Virus record (IMG/VR): IMGVR_UViG_3300005573_000128
Span: 1 to 49,096 of that record
DNA from: a virus
Taxonomy: Duplodnaviria; Caudoviricetes
Strand: one strand, 5' to 3'
Length of the DNA stretch: 49,096 nucleotides
A model generated the notes under the pieces. The model did not search any database. It had not been told where the DNA came from and saw only the letters and a program-made list of their open reading frames with translations. Shown here one piece after another: positions 1 through 7,942 of the stretch (position 1 is its first letter; every line of letters begins with the position of its first letter). Both the position numbers and the translations under genes were made by a program.

Positions 1-235
1 AAGTGGTGGATTCCAATTTACTTTTGAAGATGAAAACAGACAAAATTGCTAAAATCGCTCATACCTAAATTTTTAAGATAAAGGTTGTCTCTTTGATATC
101 GGAAATAACGCCGTGAATTCCGCCAGTGGTTACTACCTTAAAATAAAGAGAGAAAAGATAAGGGGGGGCTTTCAGCAATTTGGGGTTTTTATTTAAGAAA
201 GCATTAAAAGTTTTAAAAAATAAAAAGGGAAAAGA

Positions 236-301
236 ATGTTAATTATATTGTTAATTATATTTATATTTTTGCTTTATTTTAAAAATTATTTAATACTTTA
301 A
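236..301 (+). CDS. possible 21-aa hydrophobic micropeptide MLIILLIIFIFLLYFKNYLIL
   Basis: Read by hand. AAGGGA upstream and context similar to 45284-45346; may instead be AT-rich promoter DNA. Confidence 0.3.
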   Translation: MLIILLIIFIFLLYFKNYLIL

Positions 302-321
302 AACTTTAAAAAGGAGGTAAA

Positions 322-480
322 ATGTTTTTATTGATAAAAACACAGACTGGAAAAATAATTTTAGAGTGTTTTGAAACGGATACACAGATTTTAGATTATT
401 TAAATTATGTGGATGAAAGAAAAGTGAAAGCATTTAAAATTCTTCCTGACAATGCTAAAGATAAAGATTTTGAGATTTGA
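322..480 (+). CDS. hypothetical 52-aa protein (not in ORF track)
   Basis: AAGGAGGT RBS at 311-318; MFLLIKTQTGK...DFEI*. Confidence 0.7.
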   Translation: MFLLIKTQTGKIILECFETDTQILDYLNYVDERKVKAFKILPDNAKDKDFEI

Positions 481-506
481 AATTTTAATTAACCTATTAA
501 AATAAG

Positions 507-525
507 TTCCGCGCTTAACGCGGAA
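507..525. promoter_or_regulatory. inverted GCGGAA pair TTCCGCG-CTTAA-CGCGGAA
   Basis: Perfect 7-bp inverted repeat just upstream of the RBS of the gene at 552. Confidence 0.5.
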
Positions 526-551
526 TAAAAAAAATAAAAAGGAGGTAAACT

Positions 552-956
552 ATGCTAAACAATGAATTAAACAATTTAAATAATGATAACTTAAATAATA
601 ATGATTTTATTGACTTATCACCTGATAATGAGACCCAAGACCAACCAAACTTTAGCGGATTACCCATTTATACACTGAAGGACTTTTTCGAAATGAACAA
701 AACAAAAGTAATAAAATTATATGTCTCATCATACAAAAGAAAGAAAGACTACACTTTTAATAGATATATCATATATCTTTTTGCTAGCTTAGAAAAAACG
801 CAGCCTGCGTTTATCATTAAAACATACTCGCAAAATATCGATAATTTCATTAGCAAGTATATTCTAAAAAACAAAATAAATAAACCATTCTCATTTAAAG
901 TGCAAGTTACTAACAACCGCGGTAAAGTTTCATTCAGAGTGTTGTTGAAAAAATAA
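552..956 (+). CDS. hypothetical protein with N/D-rich N-terminus
   Basis: GGAGGT RBS, 134-aa ORF, followed by a terminator. Confidence 0.75.
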   Translation: MLNNELNNLNNDNLNNNDFIDLSPDNETQDQPNFSGLPIYTLKDFFEMNKTKVIKLYVSSYKRKKDYTFNRYIIYLFASLEKTQPAFIIKTYSQNIDNFISKYILKNKINKPFSFKVQVTNNRGKVSFRVLLKK

Positions 957-974
957 TATTATTAAAACTAGGAT

Positions 975-1028
975 AGCCGGACAATACCAATTTTTTCTAA
1001 ATTTTTGGTATTGTCCGGCTTATTTTTA
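975..1028 (+). terminator. intrinsic terminator
   Basis: 16-bp perfect stem AGCCGGACAATACCAA/TTGGTATTGTCCGGCT followed by a T-rich tract. Confidence 0.75.
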
Positions 1029-1072
1029 TATATATAACGCATATATATAACCTAGCAGATATTTTTTTTTTA

Positions 1073-1160
1073 GGGGGAGGGGGGAGGGCTTTATAATCCC
1101 CGGCCAGACCAACCTAACCAAACCTATCCCGGCCAGACCAACTAGACCAACCAATACCCA
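1073..1160. repeat. G-tract (G5-A-G6-A-G3) followed by two copies of CCCGGCCAGACCAAC and short ACCAA repeats
   Basis: Direct repeats at 1098-1112 and 1128-1142. Confidence 0.75.
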
Positions 1161-1188
1161 ACATAGTTAATAATTAACTAATCCTTGT

Positions 1189-1560
1189 TTGTTATTCCGC
1201 GTTTAAGGGTAAAAGGCAGTGATCTCACTTAAAAGTCCATAAAATACCCTTATTTTGCTTTAAAAGGCTTATAGTAAAGAGATTTTTTCAAGGTAAGGTA
1301 GAACATTACCCCTCTAAAGATCGCCTTTTATAAAGCCAAATAAAAGGGAGTAGTATTTGTTATTCCGCGTTTTAGGGATTGTTATTTTATGTTTTGGTGG
1401 AAGTCAGTGATCTTAGCCAAAAGTCCATAAAATGCCTTTATTTTCTTTTAAAAGGCTTATAGAAAGGCGATTTTTGCTGGATAAGGGTAGAACATTACCC
1501 CTTCTGAGAACGCTTTTTATAGGGGAAAATAAGGGCTTGTTATTCCGCGTTTTAGGGATT
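1189..1560. repeat. tandem 168/180-bp units delimited by TTGTTATTCCGCGTTT(T/A)AGGG, each containing a ~100-bp imperfect palindrome
   Basis: Boundary motif at 1189, 1357 and 1537. Shared internal blocks CAGTGATCT, AAAAGTCCATAAAAT, TTTAAAAGGCTTATAG, GGTAGAACATTACCCCT. Confidence 0.9.
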
Positions 1561-1588
1561 TGACAAAAGGGCTTTTTAGGACTATATT
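1560..1588 (+). promoter_or_regulatory. sigma70-like promoter
   Basis: TTGACA-17 bp-TATATT, with GGAC immediately before the -10 box. Confidence 0.75.
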
Positions 1589-1595
1589 ATATAGT

Positions 1596-1817
1596 ATGCG
1601 TAAAATAACAATAACAAATAAAGGTTTAACAATAACTTTTTCATTTTCAAAGGAAGAGATAAAGAGTTTGCTTTCACATACAATTGGTTATTCACCTTCA
1701 AATGAAGAGTTAAACAAAATATTTCAGTTATTAGCCAAGCATTTAGCCAATTGTGGATGTGATAAATGTTTTTCTGCTGGAATGGATATTGTGTTAAGGT
1801 ATTTGAAATTAAAATGA
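1596..1817 (+). CDS. hypothetical protein with CxCxxC motif, probably leaderless
   Basis: ATG 7 nt after the -10 box; the ORF-track TTG start at 1560 is the -35 box. Confidence 0.65.
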   Translation: MRKITITNKGLTITFSFSKEEIKSLLSHTIGYSPSNEELNKIFQLLAKHLANCGCDKCFSAGMDIVLRYLKLK

Positions 1818-1835
1818 TATTCCGCGTTAAGAGTT

Positions 1836-1904
1836 GGTTAGTCAGGGAAGGACGCCCCCGTAGGAAATTCCCTGACGACCCTGGACTGGCTTAGGCTGGT
1901 CCAG
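1836..1904 (+). ncRNA. putative structured RNA or leader with two GC-rich hairpins
   Basis: GTCAGGGAA/TTCCCTGAC stem and CTGGACTGGC-TTAG-GCTGGTCCAG stem in AT-rich context; family not recognised. Confidence 0.45.
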
Positions 1905-1924
1905 TAAATTTAATGGAGGTGAAT

Positions 1925-2089
1925 ATGAAGTGTTTAAATTGTGGAAAAGAAGTAGAAAAAATCATTGTAACTAATGAAGGTATTTTTTGCGAAAACTGTA
2001 TTGAAAATGAACCAGATTATTATGAGATTTACTATGAGACTGATGAATTTCGTGAAATTCCAATTGAAGAAGAGGAGGAAAAAGAATGA
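1925..2089 (+). CDS. small zinc-finger protein with acidic tail (54 aa, not in ORF track)
   Basis: GGAGGTG RBS; CLNC...CENC; ATGA overlap with next gene. Confidence 0.75.
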   Translation: MKCLNCGKEVEKIIVTNEGIFCENCIENEPDYYEIYYETDEFREIPIEEEEEKE

Positions 2090-2352
2090 GGAAATATTTA
2101 TTTAGTTTAATGCTTTTTATTATCTTTTCCGCGTTTTTGGTTTTAGATAATGATTTCTTTTATTTTTTACTTGTATTTAAGAAACTGGCTTTATTAGGAC
2201 TAGCTACACTTATGGCTACTGTTTTACGAAAAACCTTGTTTTGGTATATTGATTTTAGCTGGGAATTACAAAAGAATAATCCATTACCAGTGGCTATCTT
2301 TTTAGGACTTTGGTATTTAGCCTGTTTAATCTCTTTTGCTTTACTATTCTAA
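2086..2352 (+). CDS. putative holin (3 TM segments)
   Basis: 88 aa, three hydrophobic stretches, directly upstream of the lysin candidate. Confidence 0.55.
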   Translation: MRKYLFSLMLFIIFSAFLVLDNDFFYFLLVFKKLALLGLATLMATVLRKTLFWYIDFSWELQKNNPLPVAIFLGLWYLACLISFALLF

Positions 2353-2364
2353 AGGGGGACAGGT

Positions 2365-2910
2365 TTGCCCAGTCCTTATAGGTCTCTCCATTTTATCCTC
2401 CTTTTCCTGTCCCCCTTCCTTTTTGGAAGAGGGATAATACCTGAGGATTTATCTTTTATTTCCCCTTTTAAGCGTATTCTTTACGAAGATGATTTAATTA
2501 AAATGGCTAAGGAATTTAATTACGAGCCTTATTTAAAAGCAGTTGTTTTATCTATCTTTTTTGAAGAACAAGGAAAAGGAAATAAGATAATCTTCTGGAA
2601 TAATAATTCATCTGGTTTCCATCCTTGGAAAAAAAGATTTCCTTGGGGCTGGGCAAAAAGATACTGGATTATTCTACCAGAAGGTTACACTATGCTTAAA
2701 GAAGGAAAAACAAAAAAAAGATGCCCTTATTTTTCTTTCCGCTTTTTAGCTGATTGCTTTCAAATTATGTGTGTTATTGTATACGACAGAGGTATCTTGG
2801 ATTATCGGACTTATCTTCTGAGATGGGCAGGAAAAGAATGGTATAATTCCCAATCAGTTTATAATTTTCAAGAAAGAATCAAAAAATTTTATTATTTATT
2901 AGGACAATGA
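2365..2910 (+). CDS. putative endolysin (glucosaminidase/lysozyme-like) with signal-peptide-like N-terminus
   Basis: E-Q-G-K-G...NNxxG, YFSF...D and YxxRWA pattern reminiscent of GH73-like hydrolases; TTG start uncertain. Confidence 0.45.
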   Translation: MPSPYRSLHFILLFLSPFLFGRGIIPEDLSFISPFKRILYEDDLIKMAKEFNYEPYLKAVVLSIFFEEQGKGNKIIFWNNNSSGFHPWKKRFPWGWAKRYWIILPEGYTMLKEGKTKKRCPYFSFRFLADCFQIMCVIVYDRGILDYRTYLLRWAGKEWYNSQSVYNFQERIKKFYYLLGQ

Positions 2911-3068
2911 TAATAGCAATTTGCCCTATTTGTGGAAAACCTATTTATTACGAAGAAGAAAAAGAATTTATTGAATGCCTTGATTTTAAAGGCTTTATTC
3001 ATAAAAATTGTTCAGAAGAAATTATTATTAAAACTCCTGATTGTAAAGATGGAAAATGTAATTTATAA
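2907..3068 (+). CDS. small Cys-rich zinc-binding protein (53 aa, not in ORF track)
   Basis: MIIAICPICGK...HKNC...CKDGKCNL*; ATGA overlap upstream and TAATG overlap downstream. Confidence 0.7.
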   Translation: MIIAICPICGKPIYYEEEKEFIECLDFKGFIHKNCSEEIIIKTPDCKDGKCNL

Positions 3069-3862
3069 TGGCTCTATCGTCTAATCTGGAAAGGACATCA
3101 GGTTTTCAACCTGAAGGTGAGGGTTCAAATCCCTCTAGAGCCATTTGTAAGCTTTATCTTGGTGATTGTTTAGAAATTATGAAACAATTACCAGATAAAG
3201 CCTTTGATTTAATACTTACTGACCCACCTTATCAGATTAGAGTAAAAAGTAAAATTGAACTTCATGGAAGAAAAGCTTTTTATCACAATTATGAAGAATT
3301 TATTAAATTAAATAGTGTTGATATTAAAGAGCTTTATAAAAAAATTTATCCTGAATTTGATAGACTTTTAAAAGAAACAGGTTCAGTATTAATGTTTGTG
3401 AGAAATGAATATATTACTTATGCGGTAGAAGAAGGGCAGAAAAATAATTTAGATTTAAAATGTGTTATTTATTGGCATAAAACAAATCCTCCTCCACAAG
3501 TAAGAAAGAAAAACTATCTTTCCGCTGTAGAAACTATTATTTGGCAAGCTAGAAGCGGAAAAAGTAAATTCACTTTTAATTTTAAACTCCAAAAAGAAAT
3601 GCTTAATTTTATATCTATGCCTATATGCGGAGGAAAAGAAAGAACTATACACCCTACCCAAAAACCATTAAAACTAATTGAGCATTTATTAGAAATTCAT
3701 AGTAATCCAGGCGATTTTGTATTAGACCCTTTTTTAGGCTCTGGAACAACAGCTGTAGCCTGTATTAAACTCAAAAGAAATATTATCGGAATAGAAATTG
3801 AGCCTAAATATTTCGAAATTGCCCAAAAAAGAATTAAAGAAGTCCAAAAGACTTTATTATAA
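3068..3862 (+). CDS. DNA N6-A/N4-C methyltransferase, beta class
   Basis: GDCLE, TDPPY (motif IV), HPTQKP, DPFLGSGTT (motif I). Confidence 0.92.
   Translation: MALSSNLERTSGFQPEGEGSNPSRAICKLYLGDCLEIMKQLPDKAFDLILTDPPYQIRVKSKIELHGRKAFYHNYEEFIKLNSVDIKELYKKIYPEFDRLLKETGSVLMFVRNEYITYAVEEGQKNNLDLKCVIYWHKTNPPPQVRKKNYLSAVETIIWQARSGKSKFTFNFKLQKEMLNFISMPICGGKERTIHPTQKPLKLIEHLLEIHSNPGDFVLDPFLGSGTTAVACIKLKRNIIGIEIEPKYFEIAQKRIKEVQKTLL
3070..3143 (+). tRNA. tRNA-Glu (anticodon TTC), CCA not encoded
   Basis: Acceptor GGCTCTA/TAGAGCC; anticodon arm TCAGG-TTTTCAA-CCTGA; T arm GAGGG-TTCAAAT-CCCTC. Confidence 0.9.
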
Positions 3863-3863
3863 A

Positions 3864-4303
3864 GCGAGACAGGCGAGACAAAGCGAGACAACACTGTCTC
3901 GCTGTAAGTCTTTAAAAATCAAGCACTTTCAAACAAGCGAGACACTATTATTATTTTTATTTTATTATTATACCGGTAATATATTATTATATAATACCGG
4001 GATAATATTACCCGGGAAAAATTTTTCCCGGGAAATACCCGGGAAAAATATACCCGGGTATTATTTTCTGGGAATAAAAGCAAGGCTTACGCCTTGCTTT
4101 TAAAATACTAAGACTCTAATAAAGAGTAAAATAAAAATAAATATAAAAATAATTTCTTTTTTTCTTTTTTTCTTTATTGACCTTTCTTTTTTTCTTTTTT
4201 TCTTTAAAAGAATATTTTATTTTGTCTCGCCCTGTTCATAAGTGCTTAAAAATCAAAATGTTAGAGCGAGACAGCATTGTCTCGCCTTGTCTCGCCTGTC
4301 TTG
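3864..4303. other. probable replication origin: mirror-symmetric GCGAGACA iteron arrays around CCCGGG repeats and an A/T tract
   Basis: Ten GCGAGACA/TGTCTCGC units (one degenerate); non-coding; upstream of the helicase operon. Confidence 0.7.
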
Positions 4304-4316
4304 TTAATTAAAAAAT

Positions 4317-4345
4317 TTGACAATAAGCCATTTTTGGACTATGTT
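4317..4345 (+). promoter_or_regulatory. sigma70-like promoter
   Basis: TTGACA-17 bp-TATGTT, with TTTTTGGAC before the -10 box. Confidence 0.7.
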
Positions 4346-4354
4346 AATATATAT

Positions 4355-4897
4355 ATGAAACCCAAAAAGGGGGAACTAATGAAAGAAAAAAATAAAGAAA
4401 TAAAAAAATTGAGTGAATTTGTAAATTTAGCTTGGGAAGTATATTCAAGTCTAAAAAATGACAATGAAAAGTATTTTCTAAAGGCAATTGAAAGAGCAGA
4501 TAAACTTTTTGATTTAAAAATTTCTCGGCATTATGACCGCAATTTTATTTTGAAACAAGAATATCTGTTTATAAAATTTTCTTATGATATCCATTGTTGC
4601 TTACTTTACATTTCCCCTTACCGCATTGATATGGAACTCTGTCTATTTTGGGCAAGGTTTATTTGGGTCTTTACTAAAATCGTATCCAATAAAACCTTGA
4701 AAGACCTAATGGAAATGGAATTTGTAAAAGAGATTAGCGAAGATTTTGTAAATGCTTGTAAAAAAGGAGACCTGGATACAATGAAAAAATATTTAGACTA
4801 TGGTTATAATCTTGATTTTGCTATTAAAAAAGCGTTAAAAGCCACTAAAAATAAAAAAATAATTAAATTTTTAAAATCTTATATCTCGGAAGAATAA
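4355..4897 (+). CDS. hypothetical protein with C-terminal ankyrin-like repeat
   Basis: C-terminus EISEDFVNACKKGDLDTMKKYLDYG resembles the N-termini of the ankyrin ORFs at 40861 and 42332; start is 4355 or 4379. Confidence 0.6.
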   Translation: MKPKKGELMKEKNKEIKKLSEFVNLAWEVYSSLKNDNEKYFLKAIERADKLFDLKISRHYDRNFILKQEYLFIKFSYDIHCCLLYISPYRIDMELCLFWARFIWVFTKIVSNKTLKDLMEMEFVKEISEDFVNACKKGDLDTMKKYLDYGYNLDFAIKKALKATKNKKIIKFLKSYISEE

Positions 4898-4899
4898 TC

Positions 4900-5409
4900 A
4901 TGAAAATCCTTTATTTCCCTAAAAATAATGCTTTTTTATTTGTAGACCTTAAAAGTGAAATATCAATTTTAGTGGAAGATTTTACTTTTAAGTTTGAGAA
5001 TATTGTTGCCAAAGTATCTTTTACCTTCCCCAATAATTTTACACTTTTAGAAAGTAAAAAGTTTTTTGTTTATTCGTGTTATTTAGCAGGTAATAATATT
5101 CCGCCTAACTGGCTATTAGAAATCAAGGAAGATTATGGTAGCTTAGAAGCAAAAAAAGAATTTATAAAAATTGAACTTCAAAATCTTATTAAAAAATACT
5201 TTGAACCTTACAAAACATTTTCTTTTATTATTACTTTTTCCCCTAAAAACAAATTTTATAAGATTAGTAGTCTTATAAGCAAACTTTCAAATTTTTATCT
5301 TTCTAAAGATGTTATTAACGAAATTTTAAATTATATTTCAAAAGTTATTTTTAGGAATGAATCAAAAATTAAACTTGGGAGGTTTTATGTTTCAAATAAA
5401 AATTTATAA
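4900..5409 (+). CDS. hypothetical protein
   Basis: 169-aa ORF within the operon. Confidence 0.65.
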   Translation: MKILYFPKNNAFLFVDLKSEISILVEDFTFKFENIVAKVSFTFPNNFTLLESKKFFVYSCYLAGNNIPPNWLLEIKEDYGSLEAKKEFIKIELQNLIKKYFEPYKTFSFIITFSPKNKFYKISSLISKLSNFYLSKDVINEILNYISKVIFRNESKIKLGRFYVSNKNL

Positions 5410-6649
5410 AGAAAATAATAAAATTTTCGTTAATTTAGAAAAAGAACTTGGTCTCTTTTTCACTTTCTCTAATTTCCGCATCTCCCGAATGGAATTGAAT
5501 GCTTTTATTACGATAGAAGCAAGGGAAAATGGTTCTACACTTCAAACACGCTATATGCGTGGCTCTCTTTATTCCCAATCTTTTAAAACAAACTTTATTA
5601 AAGAAATTGCCGATTTATGTATATCTCGTATTGAAATTAAAAAAGAACGCTTAACTACTATTGCGGAAGAAATTTTTTCTAAAGTTATTACAACTTACCG
5701 AGAATTAGATGCTTTAGTCAACGAAGAAGAAGAAGTTGATTTAAATAGAACAATCCAATATCTTTATTATCCATTCATAATAGAAAAAGTCCCTAATCTT
5801 ATCTATGGAAAAGGTGGAGTAGGAAAATCTACTTTTGCTATCTATGTAGGAATTAAATTGACAGAATATGGTAATGGCTTATATTTAGACTATGAAGCGG
5901 AAAAAGATATTTGGCTTCAAAGGGTAAAGAAGATAAGATTTTCCAATAATATCCAAACGCCTTATAAACTTTTTTATCGTCGTGCTTATGCTCCTTTATA
6001 TGAAATTGTTGATTTTCTAAAAGAAGAAATTGAAGAAAAAAATATAAGATTTATAATCATAGATAGTCTTGGAAAAGCATGCCATGGCTTAAATCTTATT
6101 GAAGCGGAAAGTGCCTCTACATTCTTTAATGCTTTGGATGAATTAAAAACAACTTCTCTTTTAATATCCCATATTGCGAAAGATGATACTGGAACTCCTT
6201 ATGGTTCAGTTTTCTTTTACAATTTTGCGAGAAATATTTTTGAAGTAGATAAATTTACCGATATTACAAAAGATATTCTTTATCTAACTTTTTATAACAC
6301 GAAAAATAATTATTCTAAACTTGCTTCACCACAATTTTATTCCGTCAATTTTGCGGATAATAAAATTGAAATATCCCAATTATCTTCATTACCAAATGAA
6401 CTTCGTTATGGATTAGATTTAATAACTCAAATTACAATGCTTTTAAAACAGAATGGAGCGATGAGGACAAAAGATATTGCCAAAGATTTAGATGTTTCAA
6501 TTGATACAATTAGAAAGACTATTAATCGGCATAAAGAACTTTTCGTGAAGATAGAAGATAAATGGGATTTGAGAGAAAATTATCAACCTTATGATGATAT
6601 TGATTTGGAAAAATTTGATGAAAATAATAATGATGAAACAGATATTTAA
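5387..6649 (+). CDS. RecA-fold AAA helicase (RepA/AAA_25-like) with C-terminal winged HTH
   Basis: Walker A GKGGVGKST, LYLDYE, Walker B IIIDSL, LISH, YGSVFFYNFAR; GGGAGG RBS favours ATG at 5387. Confidence 0.85.
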   Translation: MFQIKIYKENNKIFVNLEKELGLFFTFSNFRISRMELNAFITIEARENGSTLQTRYMRGSLYSQSFKTNFIKEIADLCISRIEIKKERLTTIAEEIFSKVITTYRELDALVNEEEEVDLNRTIQYLYYPFIIEKVPNLIYGKGGVGKSTFAIYVGIKLTEYGNGLYLDYEAEKDIWLQRVKKIRFSNNIQTPYKLFYRRAYAPLYEIVDFLKEEIEEKNIRFIIIDSLGKACHGLNLIEAESASTFFNALDELKTTSLLISHIAKDDTGTPYGSVFFYNFARNIFEVDKFTDITKDILYLTFYNTKNNYSKLASPQFYSVNFADNKIEISQLSSLPNELRYGLDLITQITMLLKQNGAMRTKDIAKDLDVSIDTIRKTINRHKELFVKIEDKWDLRENYQPYDDIDLEKFDENNNDETDI

Positions 6650-6653
6650 CCTA

Positions 6654-6681
6654 TTGACTTTTTTTAAAAAAAGATTAGAAT
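6654..6681 (+). promoter_or_regulatory. sigma70-like promoter, probably giving a leaderless mRNA
   Basis: TTGACT-16 bp-TAGAAT, with ATG 6 nt downstream. Confidence 0.55.
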
Positions 6682-6687
6682 ATTAGT

Positions 6688-7530
6688 ATGAGAGTAGAAA
6701 AGACAAAAAAAATCTTTGAGGTTGAAAATACAAAAAAGATAAATTATTTAATTCGTTTTTCCGATTTAAAGGGGATGGATATCTTTAGAAAAGAATTAGA
6801 AAACTTAATCGCGGAATTACAATTAGATAAATTCTTTATTATTAACAAAGAATATACCGAAGATACTGCTCTTTTTGATTTTGATAATTTAGCAAATGAA
6901 GAAAATTGCGAAGATATTATTATGACTTTTATTCAAAAAGCAAAAGAAAAAGCGGAAAAATTTGAGGCTATTGGTATTTTATATGCTGAAATTGAAGAAC
7001 TTAAAGAGAAATTCAATTCTTTGTTAAAAATCCTTTTAGAGAAAAAAATCTTGAAAAAAGAAAATTATTCAGATTTACTTTTTACTTTTCCGTTTGTAAA
7101 GCTTCCTAATTGGATAATTTCTGGAATTGCTTCATTTTTGTTAGGTTTATTTTTTGGTCTTTTTATTTCTCCAAAACCAGAAATTGGCGAAATCTATGTT
7201 TATAAAACAGATACTCTTTATGTTCAGCAATATGTTCGTGACACAATTTATTTAAAACAAACAAGAACCTATTTTGAGACAACTTATGTTTATCAAGAAA
7301 AAATAAAAAGAGATACATTTGTGAATGTGAAAGTGGAAAAAATGAAAGAATTTGTTAAACAACCAGAGAAACTAATAAATTTAGGTGCTTATATCCAAAA
7401 TGATTTTCCGAAAAAAGATTTATCTGGTGGTTTATATGCGAAACTTAATCTAAAATCGTTAAAGTTAGAAGGCGGAATAAAATATCATAAAAATTTTAAA
7501 CCATTTATAACGCTTAGATTTGAAAAATGA
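6688..7530 (+). CDS. membrane protein with central TM segment, DT-repeat stalk and beta-rich C-terminus; possibly spanin-like
   Basis: TM WIISGIASFLLGLFFGLFI; DTLYV, RDTIY and RDTFV repeats. Confidence 0.5.
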   Translation: MRVEKTKKIFEVENTKKINYLIRFSDLKGMDIFRKELENLIAELQLDKFFIINKEYTEDTALFDFDNLANEENCEDIIMTFIQKAKEKAEKFEAIGILYAEIEELKEKFNSLLKILLEKKILKKENYSDLLFTFPFVKLPNWIISGIASFLLGLFFGLFISPKPEIGEIYVYKTDTLYVQQYVRDTIYLKQTRTYFETTYVYQEKIKRDTFVNVKVEKMKEFVKQPEKLINLGAYIQNDFPKKDLSGGLYAKLNLKSLKLEGGIKYHKNFKPFITLRFEK

Positions 7531-7772
7531 GAGAAATTAAATTTGATGAATTATTAGCATATTTACAGGGTAAAACAATAACTTTTGCTTTCTCTTCTGA
7601 TAAACAAGAAGAAGTTATTTCGCTTCCTCATCCTGTAAATATCAGTTCAATTAAAGTATATGTCAATGGTAATTTACACAACAATATTGAAGTTCATCCT
7701 TATACTTTGAAAATAAAAAATATGGCAGAAGGAGAAAAATTAATTATTATTGAATATCAGCCAGTAAGATGA
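7527..7772 (+). CDS. small beta-rich hypothetical protein
   Basis: IKVYVNG...IIIEY pattern; ATGA coupling. Confidence 0.65.
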   Translation: MREIKFDELLAYLQGKTITFAFSSDKQEEVISLPHPVNISSIKVYVNGNLHNNIEVHPYTLKIKNMAEGEKLIIIEYQPVR

Positions 7773-7942
7773 TAGTGTTTGTGATTTTGATTTTTTTGAA
7801 TTTATGTTTATTGAATTATCTTATTTGGCAATTAATAAAAGCCATAAAAAGCGGAAAAGCAATTGAAGTTAGACAATTTCAATATTATTATAATTTAAAA
7901 GAACAAGATAAAAATTTAAGAATTAAATATAAAAAGAAATGA
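7769..7942 (+). CDS. 57-aa membrane-anchored protein (not in ORF track)
   Basis: ATGA overlaps at both ends; hydrophobic N-terminus. Confidence 0.6.
   Translation: MIVFVILIFLNLCLLNYLIWQLIKAIKSGKAIEVRQFQYYYNLKEQDKNLRIKYKKK

Noticed and set aside
1189-1560. CRISPR mini-array (three ~24-nt repeats)
   Set aside because: The intervening sequences are about 145-155 nt and homologous to each other, so this is a tandem duplication rather than unique spacers.
3070-3143. tRNA as a prophage attachment site
   Set aside because: No integrase, no duplicated tRNA 3' end and no flanking host genes were seen.
3798-4103. 101-aa ORF
   Set aside because: It runs through the iteron and palindrome region, has no RBS, and its sequence merely reflects the DNA repeats.
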